Origin: Labilithrix sp.
GTDB lineage: Bacteria; Myxococcota_A; Polyangia; Polyangiales; Polyangiaceae
Direction of reading: 5' to 3'
Length of the DNA: 64,000 nt
Assembly: GCA_026128965.1 (NCBI GenBank)
Contig: JAHCIY010000002.1
Span: 1,640,108 to 1,704,107 of the forward strand
In this document: piece after piece, positions 9,612 through 19,190 of the stretch
How the letters are laid out: each line of letters begins with the position of its first letter
Position numbering within the stretch: the first letter of the stretch is position 1
Program-made: the position numbers and the translations under genes
The notes under the pieces: generated by a model
The model's database searches: none
What the model was told of the DNA's origin: nothing
The model's input: only the letters and a program-made list of their open reading frames with translations

Positions 9612-12185
9612 TCAGGGCGAGGCGGTCGCGATGGCGCGGATGTCGAACATGCCGGCGCCGAGGGTGACGACGTCGGCGCCGCGCGCGGAGGCGGCGACGC
9701 TCTTGAAGCCGGCCTTGATGAAGCGCTGGCGCGGGTTGAAGAACGTGCTCTCGACCTCGGCGTCGACCTTCATCGCGACCTCGAGGCTCTGCACCGGAAC
9801 GAGCCAGCCGAGCGGATAGAGCGCGGCGTGCTCGGCGTGGAGGCCCGCGCCGAGCTCGAGGCCCTCCGCCTCCTTGCGGAGCCCGTCGTAGAGGCGCGTC
9901 GCCACGATCGCGCGCTCCTGGCTCGTCGAGCGGAGGACGACGCTCTCGAGCGCGCCCGCGCTGCCGCTGCTCACCTCGAAGCGGATGCCGACCGGATGCG
10001 CGACGTAGGGCCGGTTCGCGAGCACCGCGGGGAGGCTCTTCTCGGCCTGGAGGATGCGCTGGTAGGCCTGCGCCTCGACGTCGAAGCGCTCGATCATGCG
10101 GTCGGCGGCGCCGTTCGAGCGATCGAGGACGATCTTCGCGAAGTAGTCGCGGTCCTGCGGCCGGCGCACGTCGCGGCGGTTCGAGGACACCATGCCGATG
10201 TACGAACGGAGCGCGCGGCCGTAGTCCGTCTTCGACATCGCCGTCAGCGTGTCGAGCGCCTGATCGTCGAAGCGGACGTCGGACGAGATCGCGACCTTCG
10301 GCCCGCCCGTCGCGCTGAAGCCGTGGACGCCGACCGACTGGAGCGTCAGGCGGAGATCGGCCGCGGTGCGAACGAGCTTCTTGTAGTCCTCCGGATAGGG
10401 GCCGAGCTTCGCCTCCACCGCCGCGAGGGCGCGCGTCTTCATCGCCTTGAAGCTCGGATCGTCGAGGAGCCGCACGTTGCAGCGCTCGTCCCAGCGCGGG
10501 GTGGAGGAGCCGCCGTGGTCGCCGCTCGCGTCGTTCTGGACGGGGCATTTGCGCCAGAGCGTGCGCTCGATCTCGTTGCCGTGCTCGTCGAGGACGTCGA
10601 CGATCTCGTTCGCGCCGAGGCTGAGCAGGAGCCCGTCGACGTTGTCGAGGACGAAGTCGTTGTCCATGTGCTTGTCGGCGGAGACCGTCTGGATGAACAG
10701 GTTCGCGCTGCTCTTGAAGTGCGTCGGCGAGGTCGCGTCGATCGACTCGGCTGCGACGCCGGTGCGCGAGAACGCGTGGCGCCGCTGGAACCAGCCCTCC
10801 TCGCGCTGGAGGTGATCGAAGAGGATCGCCCTCGCTCCGTCCGGCGTCTGGAGCACGAACGTGCCTTCGCGGTCGACGATCGCCTTGTGGAAGACGTTCA
10901 TCCCGAGGACCTCGAAGCCGAAGTTGCGCGTCGTCGTCGTCGCGGCGCGCACGGCGTCGAAGTCCACCGTGACCGGCGGCTTCGGCTGAGCGAGGTCGCG
11001 GTTGTACATCGCCTGCGCGAGGCGGAGGTCGAACTTGAGGAGCTGCTGGAGCGCGGCCTCGACCTCGTGCGGCGCGCCGCGATCGAGGTGGAAGCGGAAG
11101 CGCGAGAGGCTGACGCGCGAGCTCGAGACGCCGGAGGACGCCGCGACCTGGAACGTCAGGTACTTGTTCACCTGCTTCTCGATCGCCTTCTCGACGACCT
11201 GCGCGAGATCGAGCGACTGCCCCGCGACCTGCACCGCGCGGAGGCAGCGCTGGCCGTCGTCGCAGATCCCCTTGATGCCGAACTGATCGCCGATGCCCGC
11301 GCGGAACGAGACGCCGCGGCCCTTCTCGACGCCGAGATCGATCACGACCTCGTCGCCCGGCAGGCGGACGAGCTGCACGTCGATCTGTCCGGAGACGACG
11401 CCCGCGACGCCGCCGGAGACGACGATGCTGTACGTGAGCGGCCCGACCGGGCCCGCGACGAAGATCGGCGCGCCGACGCCGAAGTTCGCGCCGAGCTTGC
11501 CCTGCCCGCGGAGCGCGAACATCTCGCCGGGCTTCATCCCGCGGATGTCCGCCACCGAGCGCGGATAGATGAAGCCGCGCATCTCCTTCATCGCGGCGAG
11601 CGGCGCGGAGAGGAGCGAGCGGACGCCGTCGTTCTTCGTCGCGACGATGACGCGCGACGAGAGCTCGGTGCTCGCCTCGAAGCCGAGGTTCACGCCGAGG
11701 CCGCCGGCGGGGAAGCTCCAGCTCGGCACGAGCCCCGCGTTCGCCGCGAAGCCGGACTCGATGAAGTAGTCGTCGGCCGTGCCCTCGAGGTGGGCGAGGC
11801 GCGCGGCGTTGACCTGCGTGCTGAGCTCCTTCTCGCCGAAGCGCGCGGCGAGGCCGCTGACGATCGTGTCGAGGGCCTTCACCTCCGCGCTGTCCGGGAG
11901 GACGGAGCTCGGCTCCGCGCGCGCCGCGAAGACGCCCGGCTTCTCGAAGCGAATGCCGGCGTGCACCGGCCCCGCCGTCACGCTCAGCCGATCGTTGAGC
12001 GCCTCGGTGCCGAACCCGACCGCGACCCGCGTGAGGTCGGAGAGATCGAGCTTCTTCGCGTCGGCGAAGTACACCTTGAGGTCCTGGAGCTGGGCCTCGT
12101 CGGTGGCGGCCTCGTCGCTCTCGGCCGCGCAGGCGGCGAGGACGAAGGCAAGGAAGGGCGAGAGACGAAGAGCGAGGGACCGCAC
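9612..12185 (-). CDS. large (857 aa) secreted lipoprotein, hypothetical
   Basis: MRSLALRLSPFLAFVLAAC lipobox. Long ORF with complex, non-repetitive composition. No motif recognised. Confidence 0.6.
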   Translation of the reverse strand: MRSLALRLSPFLAFVLAACAAESDEAATDEAQLQDLKVYFADAKKLDLSDLTRVAVGFGTEALNDRLSVTAGPVHAGIRFEKPGVFAARAEPSSVLPDSAEVKALDTIVSGLAARFGEKELSTQVNAARLAHLEGTADDYFIESGFAANAGLVPSWSFPAGGLGVNLGFEASTELSSRVIVATKNDGVRSLLSAPLAAMKEMRGFIYPRSVADIRGMKPGEMFALRGQGKLGANFGVGAPIFVAGPVGPLTYSIVVSGGVAGVVSGQIDVQLVRLPGDEVVIDLGVEKGRGVSFRAGIGDQFGIKGICDDGQRCLRAVQVAGQSLDLAQVVEKAIEKQVNKYLTFQVAASSGVSSSRVSLSRFRFHLDRGAPHEVEAALQQLLKFDLRLAQAMYNRDLAQPKPPVTVDFDAVRAATTTTRNFGFEVLGMNVFHKAIVDREGTFVLQTPDGARAILFDHLQREEGWFQRRHAFSRTGVAAESIDATSPTHFKSSANLFIQTVSADKHMDNDFVLDNVDGLLLSLGANEIVDVLDEHGNEIERTLWRKCPVQNDASGDHGGSSTPRWDERCNVRLLDDPSFKAMKTRALAAVEAKLGPYPEDYKKLVRTAADLRLTLQSVGVHGFSATGGPKVAISSDVRFDDQALDTLTAMSKTDYGRALRSYIGMVSSNRRDVRRPQDRDYFAKIVLDRSNGAADRMIERFDVEAQAYQRILQAEKSLPAVLANRPYVAHPVGIRFEVSSGSAGALESVVLRSTSQERAIVATRLYDGLRKEAEGLELGAGLHAEHAALYPLGWLVPVQSLEVAMKVDAEVESTFFNPRQRFIKAGFKSVAASARGADVVTLGAGMFDIRAIATASP

Positions 12186-12344
12186 GAAGGGGTCTCCTAC
12201 ATGTAGTATGCCTGGCTGCGGGCCAGTGTTTACGAGGGTTTAGGCAAGGCACGCCCATCCTCATGGGGAACGCGTTCGAGGGCCCGCGGCACCACACGAT
12301 CGATCGGATCAGGACGGTGGTACGAACTGGCGCCGCCGCGAGGG

Positions 12345-12977
12345 ATGGAGGACGTACGGTCCGTCGAGTACCGCGCGCTCCGCGAGACCGACACGAAGGC
12401 ACTTGCGAAGTACACGCAACTCGTCGAGCTCACGCTGCGTGGGGCGCCGGGCCGGCTCACCGACGCGAGCGGTCTCGCCGCGTTGAAGGGCCTCCGCGAG
12501 CTGACGATCGCGGAGCTGTACGAGCTCGACGCGAAGCGCTGGCCCACGAGCTGGCGGTTCGACGGGCTCACGATCCGCGGGCTGAACAAGGCCGACGCCG
12601 CGGCGCTCGCGAAGTCGCAGGAGGGCGCCGGCGCGCTCGCGATCCGCGGGGCGAAGAGCGACGCGTGGATCGCCGAAAACCTCGGCAATCCGTTCCGCCA
12701 CTGGGAAGACGACGAGCCCGCGTTCGGCCGCGCGGCGATGGCGGCGTGGAAGAAGGCCAACGCCGCCGCGAGGAAGCTCGGCGCGAAGGCGGCGAAGCCG
12801 AAGGCGAAGGTGGTGCTCGACGACCTCGTGAAGGCGCTCAATCGCGTCGACGCGAAGCACGCCATCGACACGCTCCGTCGCGACGAAGCGGCCGACGCGT
12901 ACTTCGCGCTCGCTCGCGGGATGGCCGTCGCTGCCGCCGACGCCGAGCGCTGGCTCGACGACCTCCGCGAGTGGTGA
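12345..12977 (+). CDS. hypothetical protein
   Basis: 210 aa with a diverse composition (K/E/W-containing). GC3 is much higher than in the antisense 213-aa ORF. Confidence 0.5.
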   Translation: MEDVRSVEYRALRETDTKALAKYTQLVELTLRGAPGRLTDASGLAALKGLRELTIAELYELDAKRWPTSWRFDGLTIRGLNKADAAALAKSQEGAGALAIRGAKSDAWIAENLGNPFRHWEDDEPAFGRAAMAAWKKANAAARKLGAKAAKPKAKVVLDDLVKALNRVDAKHAIDTLRRDEAADAYFALARGMAVAAADAERWLDDLREW

Positions 12978-13018
12978 GTCAGGTCGCGACGGACGAGCGC
13001 GCTCGCCGGCGCGGCGGG

Positions 13019-15299
13019 TCAGTAGTCGTACGGGCTCGTCGGCTTCGCGTCGGGGTCGGCGACGGAGACCTCCTTCACGTCGGCGCCGAGGTTCGGGAGC
13101 GCGTTGGCTTTGATGCGCGTGTCGCTGACGCTGTAGACCCAGTCGTCCATCACGATGCTGCGCTTCACTTCGCTCTTCGCGTTGCTCCACCAGTTCGAGC
13201 AGGCGGAGTCGTAGTAGCCCCAGGTGTTGACGCTGCCGTACTGCTGCTCGTCGACGGCGCTCGGGTGCGCGACCTTGCCGCGGAGCTTGAAGCCGCCCTG
13301 CGCGGTGACGTCGTAGACCATGAGGCCGCTGAACGTCATCTGCGTGCCGTAGCCGCCGTTCGTGTCGCCGCCCTCGCAGACCGTCATCGGCAGCGCGAGG
13401 AGGTTCTTCGGCGCGAAGTAGGTGAAGGCGAGGTGGTTCGTGAGCGCCTCCGAGCTCGAGCCGCGCGTGCCGATGACCTCCTTGTGCGTGAGCCTCGGAT
13501 CGGTCGGGTTCGACACGTCGAAGATCTGGAGGAGCACGCCGGTGAAGTAGGCGAAGTCGCCGTGGTCCGCCGCGTCGTACCCGATCGTGAGGAGGTGGGT
13601 CGGGTCCATCATGTGGATGTAGGTCGAGAACCCCGGGATCTTCAGCTCGCCGAGCGTCTTCGGCGCGCGCGGATCGGCGAGGTCGAAGACGAAGAGGGGG
13701 TCGGTCTTCTTGAACGTGACGATGTAGCCGCGGTCGCCGTCGAAGCGCACGGAGCGGATGTCCTCCGACGGCGCGACGTTATCGATTTTGCCGGTCTCGA
13801 CGAGCTCGCCGTTCTTCGTCTCGAGGATCGAGATCGTATTGTGCGCGTTGGGGGAGGGGAGGTGGCCCGTCGTCGTCGCGACGCGGAGGAAGCCCTTGTC
13901 CTCGTCCATCGCGAGCTGGTTCAGGACGCGGCCCTTCACGAAGCCCGACCCGACGTACGAGGTGGCGCGCGCGTCCGCGCCGACGGCGAACTTGTGGATG
14001 GTGGAGAGCTCCTTCTCGGAGCGGCCTTCGTACCAGCCCCAGCCGGAGATCTGCTGGTGCGGCACGGCCATGTAGAGCGCCTCCGACGACGCGTAGACCC
14101 AGCCGGGGCGGCTGATGACCGACGCGATCGAGAGCTTGTCCGCCGTCGTCATGTCGACGGAGAGCACGCTCGTCAGCGCCGTGCCGTCGGGCATGCTCGA
14201 CGTGTAGAGGCCCGTCTCGATCGGCGCGCCCGCGCTGTCGCTCCAGCTCGGGAGGAGCTGGCCCTCGATCTTCTGCGCGTCGATCTCGCGGAGGCGCTGG
14301 TCGAGGGCGCGGCCGTACGCGGCGTTGACCGCGGCCTCGGTCGCGTCCTCGGGCAGGTCGACGTAGACGTACGTGCCGGCGCCCGAGAACGGGGACGGCT
14401 GCCCGAGGACGGTGTGGATCGCCTTGCCGACCCGACGCGCGGCGATGAGCGAGCTCGACGAGTGGATGCTCCGCACGAGCCGCGGCGCGGAGAGGGTGGA
14501 GATGTCGAAGATCGATATTTCGGTCTCGGTGCCGTCGCCGGACGGGACGCAGCCGTCGTAGCCGTACGTGCACTCGCCGCCGCTCCCGCCGTACGGGTCG
14601 TAGCCGCCGCTCTGGCGCGGGATGGACGAGTAGATGACGGCGCGCGTGCCTTCGACGAAGAGCTTCTTCGCCGTCCCGGGCACCGTCACGTCGGCGATCT
14701 GGTGCATGTTCGAGCCGGGGAAGGCGTCGACGATGCGGAAGTGCGAGCCGTTGACGACGTAAATATACTTGTTGTCGTTTTTGACGAAGTCGGCCTCGTC
14801 GACGCCGGCGACTTGGTTGTTGGTGCCCGACGCCTGCTTCGCGCTCTCGGCCGCCGGCGGAGCGGACCCTCTGGCCGGCGCGCCGGAGGTCGACGACGAG
14901 AAGGCTCCGGCGTCCGCCGACCAGCCGTCGCCCGTCGCCCGTCGCCCAGCGCTCCGGGTCCGGCTTCAGCGAAGCGCAGCGCACCGTCGCGATCCGAGCG
15001 ACGCGGTCGCGCTCGACGCTGACGCGCACGGAGCCCTTGAGGTTCTCGCGCATCGCGTTCGCGACGGTGGTCGTGTCGGTCGCGATGAGATGCGCGCCGA
15101 ACGGGCCCTTGGGGTCCTCGCCGCTCGCGCCGTTGCTCGCCGACTGACCGAGCCGTGTCCGCTCGTCGTCGAGGCAGCGCTGGTAGTCCGCCTGGGCTTC
15201 TTCGAAGGTGGATGGGCCTCGGGACTCTCCGCCGGCGCAGCCGATGTAGAACGCGGCGAGGGAGACGGGGACGGCGAGCAGGGTAGGGAAGCGACGCAT
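13019..15299 (-). pseudogene. beta-propeller-domain (PF09826-like) lipoprotein gene interrupted by a +1 frameshift inside a triplicated 7-nt repeat
   Basis: The 5' part (15299 down to about 14940) encodes MRRFPTLLAVPVSLAAFYIGCAGG...ERWATGDG. The 3' part (frame of ORF 13019..14707, open up to 14968) encodes GDGWSADAGAF...GTNNQVAGVDEADFVKNDNKYIYVVNGSHFRIVDAF..., the typical start of the beta-propeller domain. Deleting one copy of GTCGCCC (14927-14947) fuses both parts into one reading frame of about 757 aa. Confidence 0.7.
14926..14947. repeat. (CGTCGCC)x3 heptanucleotide tandem repeat inside the beta-propeller lipoprotein gene
   Basis: Seen directly. A copy-number change of one unit shifts the reading frame by 1. 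Confidence 0.8.
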
Positions 15300-15399
15300 G
15301 ATGGTCCGTCTTCCGCAAGGGCGGTGCCACCTCGCGGTGCCTACAATTGCCGGCGATCGCGCGCTCGCGGCTGTGCCAATCCGTGCCGCGCCGGACTCG

Positions 15400-17205
15400 G
15401 TGATCTATCGTGCGGGCGTGCTCCGTCTCATCGGCTTCGCGGTCCTCGTGGTCTCGTTCACCGTGTTCCTCCCGCCCGACGCGAAGGCGTGCGGGATGTT
15501 CACGCGGCCTTCGGCCGAGAGCACGGAGGACACGCTCAAGACGCCGTACCTGAGCGTCGAGCGCACGCTCCTCGTCTGGGATCGAGAGACGAAGGAGGAG
15601 GACTTCGTGCGCGAGGCTCGCTTCGAGCGCGCCGCGCAGGGCTTCGGCTTCGTCGTCCCCACGCCGACGAAGCCCGAGGTCTTCGCGGTGAAGGATCCGC
15701 CGTTCGACCGGCTGCAGCAGCGGATGCCCTACGTCCCCTACAAGGCCCCGCCGCCGATGAAACACGTGCCGGGCCTCGGGGGAGGGGGCGCGTCGGCGGC
15801 CAAGCCGGACGCCGAGCCGGTGGAGGTCCTCGCGCAGCAGAAGATCGGGAGCTTCACCGCGTTCACGCTCCAGGCCTCGGAGGCGGGGGCGTTCGACGAG
15901 TGGCTCGGCGACAACGGCTTCGTGATCCCGACGGAGGCGCGCTCCTGGCTCGAGCACTACGTCAGGCTGAAGTTCTTCTTCGTCGCGTTCAAGTACGACG
16001 CGCCCGCCTCCGCGACGAAGAGCATGACGAGCGAGACGGTGCGGATCCGCTTCAAGACGCCGAAGCCGTACTACCCGTACATGGACGCGACGCATCCGAA
16101 GGGGATGGACCTCCTTCGCCCGCGCACGCTCCTCGGGTGGACGATCACGCGCGATCGGATGATCGACGTCGCGCGCTGCACGAAGGACGCGGGGCCGGGG
16201 AAGGCCGTCGGATGGCGCCGGCCGTGGTCGTACAGCTGGCAACCCGAGGTCACGCCGGAGGACGTCGCCCTCGCGCTGGGCCCCGACCTCGCCGCGATCG
16301 TGCCGCGCGCGCCGAAGCTCTGGGTGCAGCCGTTCCGCGATTTGAAGTCGTCGCGAGAAGGATACGGCGACGTCGTCCTCGTGAACCTGTTCAACGACGA
16401 GACGTTCACGCGCGCGGACGAGGACGCGCATCGCGTGCTCCTCGGCGTGCTCGATCCCGCGCTCGCCGGCGGTGAGGGCGACGTGCTCCAGAGGATGAAG
16501 TACACGCGGCGGCAGCTCGACGAGGCGGCCGACGAAGAGCAGAAGAAACGCTCCGCCTCGTGCGCGACCGCGCCCGGAGCCGCGGGCGGCGGCGGATGGG
16601 TCTTCGCGCTCGCGGCGATCGCGCTCCTTCGTCGGCGCGGGTTCGTCCTCGCGCTCGGGCTGCTCGGATGCCGGCGCACCGAGGCGACCGACGCTGGAGC
16701 TCCGGCGGCGTCGTCCGCCGCCGAGCCCTTCGACGCGGAGGCGCTGATGCGTCCGTACACGACGGCCGAACGTGAAGAGAGGGTGTTCGACGTCTTGCGG
16801 GGGAAGGATCCGGGCTACGTGCTCGAGGATCCCGACGCGCGTCCCACGCCGACGGTGGACCTCTCGTTCGAGGCGAAGCCGGGCGGCTTCGTTCCTCCGG
16901 ACTCCGGCGCTCGCGACCTCACGCGCGATCGCGCCCTTCGACGTTGTTATCTCGACGCGCGGAGGTCGGCTCCAACCCTCGACGTGGCGACGGTGGTGTT
17001 GCACCTCGTCGTCGACGCCGAGGGCTACATCTCGACCGCGGACGGCGTGAGCGCCGACGCCGGAGCAGTCGACCTTCCGAGCTGCGTCCTCCGTAGCGTC
17101 CGCCAGCGGAGGCAGGTCGTCGAGATCGCGCGCGAGACCAACGTGACGCTCCAGATCACGTTCCGCGCGGGCCCTCCCGACGAAGATGGATCCACGCGGG
17201 AGTAG
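15400..17205 (+). CDS. secreted protein with a C-terminal AgmX/PglI-like (TonB-C-like) domain; N-terminal part possibly DUF2330-like
   Basis: Signal peptide VLRLIGFAVLVVSFTVFLPPDAKAC. Internal hydrophobic GWVFALAAIALLRRRG. C-terminal ...RRCYLDARRSAP...VVLHLVVDAEGYIS...PSCVLRSVRQ...VTLQITF resembles the AgmX/PglI C-terminal domain. An in-frame ATG at 16747 with a GGAGG 5 nt upstream could mark a separate downstream product. Start is uncertain (ATG 15298 overlaps the divergent gene; GTG 15400 or 15418 preferred). Confidence 0.55.
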   Translation: MIYRAGVLRLIGFAVLVVSFTVFLPPDAKACGMFTRPSAESTEDTLKTPYLSVERTLLVWDRETKEEDFVREARFERAAQGFGFVVPTPTKPEVFAVKDPPFDRLQQRMPYVPYKAPPPMKHVPGLGGGGASAAKPDAEPVEVLAQQKIGSFTAFTLQASEAGAFDEWLGDNGFVIPTEARSWLEHYVRLKFFFVAFKYDAPASATKSMTSETVRIRFKTPKPYYPYMDATHPKGMDLLRPRTLLGWTITRDRMIDVARCTKDAGPGKAVGWRRPWSYSWQPEVTPEDVALALGPDLAAIVPRAPKLWVQPFRDLKSSREGYGDVVLVNLFNDETFTRADEDAHRVLLGVLDPALAGGEGDVLQRMKYTRRQLDEAADEEQKKRSASCATAPGAAGGGGWVFALAAIALLRRRGFVLALGLLGCRRTEATDAGAPAASSAAEPFDAEALMRPYTTAEREERVFDVLRGKDPGYVLEDPDARPTPTVDLSFEAKPGGFVPPDSGARDLTRDRALRRCYLDARRSAPTLDVATVVLHLVVDAEGYISTADGVSADAGAVDLPSCVLRSVRQRRQVVEIARETNVTLQITFRAGPPDEDGSTRE

Positions 17206-17371
17206 GGAGCTCGGCCTTCGGACATCCGCCGGATCGCGGCGACGTGGATGGGCCGGCTGGCGAAGGAGGACTCACGGAGACGCAAAATATTCTCGAAAAA
17301 ACCGCTCGACAATCGGCGTGTAGGAGTCAAAACCACATGGTCACCAAGGCCCCACCTGAGGAGTCATCGTC

Positions 17372-18025
17372 ATGCGTCTTCTTTCCATCGTCGCTCTCGG
17401 CACCTTCGCTCTCGCTCTCTCCACCGTCGGCTGCTCTGCGGACAGCGGCGAAGAGGCCCCCGCGGCCAGCGAGAACGAGCTCTCCGTCGCGGCCGAGGAG
17501 ATCGCGACCGACGCCGACGAGGGCAAGACCGTTCGCGTCTACGAGGGGCAGGACTTCGTGCTCCGTCTCCCCGCCAACGCGACGACGGGCTACCAGTGGA
17601 AGGTCACGCGGACCAACCGCACCTTCGCGTATCCGTACGCGTCGACCTACGAGACCGCCGCGACGCGCGGTCGTCCGACGCTCGAGGGCGAGCCCACCGG
17701 TCTGCCGATCGCCCCGCCGGTCGGCTCGGGCGGCACCGCCGTCTTCAAGTGGCACACGAACCCGGTCACGGACGTGACGGGCGCGCCGGTCATGTCGAAG
17801 ATCGGCAAGCACGCGCTCACGCTCGAGTACCGCCGCCCGTGGGAGTCGGCGGACGCTCCCGCCGCGAAGACCTTCAGCATCACCGTCGAGGTCGTGCGGA
17901 TGCCGGACTTCCCGTTCCCCCCGAAGAACGACGATCAGTGCGGCGACGACGTCTGCAGCGACGGCCAGAGCTGCCAGTTCTGCTGGGGCCAGCTCGCCTG
18001 CATCCCGCGCGGCGCGATCTGCTGA
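17372..18025 (+). CDS. chagasin-family (I42) peptidase-inhibitor lipoprotein with a Cys-rich C-terminal tail
   Basis: Lipobox LSTVGC. FVLRLPANATTGYQWKV matches the I42 NPTTGYxW motif. The C-terminus is CGDDVCSDGQSCQFCWGQLACIPRGAIC. GAGGAG ribosome-binding site upstream. Confidence 0.7.
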   Translation: MRLLSIVALGTFALALSTVGCSADSGEEAPAASENELSVAAEEIATDADEGKTVRVYEGQDFVLRLPANATTGYQWKVTRTNRTFAYPYASTYETAATRGRPTLEGEPTGLPIAPPVGSGGTAVFKWHTNPVTDVTGAPVMSKIGKHALTLEYRRPWESADAPAAKTFSITVEVVRMPDFPFPPKNDDQCGDDVCSDGQSCQFCWGQLACIPRGAIC

Positions 18026-18030
18026 GCCGG

Positions 18031-19065
18031 TCAGGGGTTGTCGAGTCGCATCAGGTCGTTGCGGGGGGTGTGGACGAGGAAGTAGAGGCCGTCGGGTGCG
18101 GATGTCAGGCTCGATATGGAGCCGGCGCCGCGGCGGACCACGATGGGCTCGCCGCCGTCCTTGGGCGCGCTCATCAGCGCGTACCCTGGGCCGCGGATCT
18201 CGAGCCAGAAGGCGCGCTGCTCGTCGACCGCCAAGGCGTGGGTGGAGGTCGCCATGCCGGCCGGTGCGACGTCCGTGGCCCGCCCGCCGCTCCTCGGCAC
18301 GCGCACGAGGACCGAGCCGCGCGACGTCATCGCCAGCGCGTAGACGAACGCGCCGTTCGGCACGATGTCGAGGATCGTGGAGTCCGGCTGCAGCGTCGCG
18401 AGCGTCCGTACCGCGCCGCCGGCGCGAGGGACCGCCGAGATCGTGTGCTCGCTGGAGAAGAGCACGTCGTCGCCGTCGAGCCGTAACGAGAGCCCCATGC
18501 AGGACTTGCCGGTCCCGCGCGCGAGGACGATCGGCGAGCCGCCGGCGCGCGCGACCTTCTTCACGGCGCAGTCGCGCGTGAGGACGAAGAGCGACGTCGG
18601 GTCGAGGGCGACGTCGGTGATAGCCCAGGAGTCGTGAAAGAGGGGGACGGACGCCTTGCGAGCGCGATCGACGAGGAGGACGTCGAAGCTCGTCGCGATC
18701 GCGACGCTGTCCGCGTCGACCTCCAGCGCGACGATCGAATCGTTCAGCGCCGGACGGAGATCGGTGACGAGCTCGGCGTCGATCCCATCGTCGAGGCCGT
18801 GCCGAACGAGCGCCGTCCGGGCCGCGTACTCCCGCACCATGAAGAGCTCCCGCCGCGCGATCGTGTAGAGCTCGACGTTCGACGCCACGAGGCACGGCGT
18901 GCGCGCGCAGCTCGGCGGTGGCGCGCTCGGCGCCGCGTCCGCGCGCGACGCGCCCGCGTCGATCGGCGCGATCTCGAGGGGCGCCGCCGAAGGCACCGGC
19001 GCGATCGCGACGGCCCTCGGCTCGGCGCACGCCGCGAGCAGGACGAGAGGAAGGAGCGCACGCAC
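18031..19065 (-). CDS. lipoprotein, hypothetical
   Basis: Probable GTG start giving VRALLPLVLLAAC. The listed upstream 68 codons look like non-coding read-through. Confidence 0.45.
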   Translation of the reverse strand: MRALLPLVLLAACAEPRAVAIAPVPSAAPLEIAPIDAGASRADAAPSAPPPSCARTPCLVASNVELYTIARRELFMVREYAARTALVRHGLDDGIDAELVTDLRPALNDSIVALEVDADSVAIATSFDVLLVDRARKASVPLFHDSWAITDVALDPTSLFVLTRDCAVKKVARAGGSPIVLARGTGKSCMGLSLRLDGDDVLFSSEHTISAVPRAGGAVRTLATLQPDSTILDIVPNGAFVYALAMTSRGSVLVRVPRSGGRATDVAPAGMATSTHALAVDEQRAFWLEIRGPGYALMSAPKDGGEPIVVRRGAGSISSLTSAPDGLYFLVHTPRNDLMRLDNP

Positions 19066-19190
19066 CGCGCCCGGCACGATAGCGCGCCCCAAACCGAGGC
19101 GGTCGCGCTCCACGACTCGCCGACGATCCGCCAAAAATGCGAGCAAATTGCATGTAGGTAAGTGGCGCACGTTGTGCACCAGGTCTCGGC

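Noticed and set aside
8785-12402. 1205-aa ORF on the minus strand (and similar giants: 6118..8769 +, 9828..12206 +, 12263..15022 +, 14686..17004 -, 17327..19324 -, 18744..22595 -, 40005..43466 -, 44822..47728 -, 55315..58371 -)
   Set aside because: Extreme Arg/Ala/Pro/Gly composition with long RRRR runs and no motifs. All are antisense or out of frame to genes with clear family signatures. Such stop-free shadow frames are expected at about 70% GC.
17205-17371. Putative sigma70-type promoter in the AT-richer spacer upstream of the chagasin-like gene (AATATT around 17286, TCGACA around 17306)
   Set aside because: Spacing and hexamer quality are poor. Without transcription-start data this is not a supportable call in a genome whose promoter consensus differs from that of E. 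coli.
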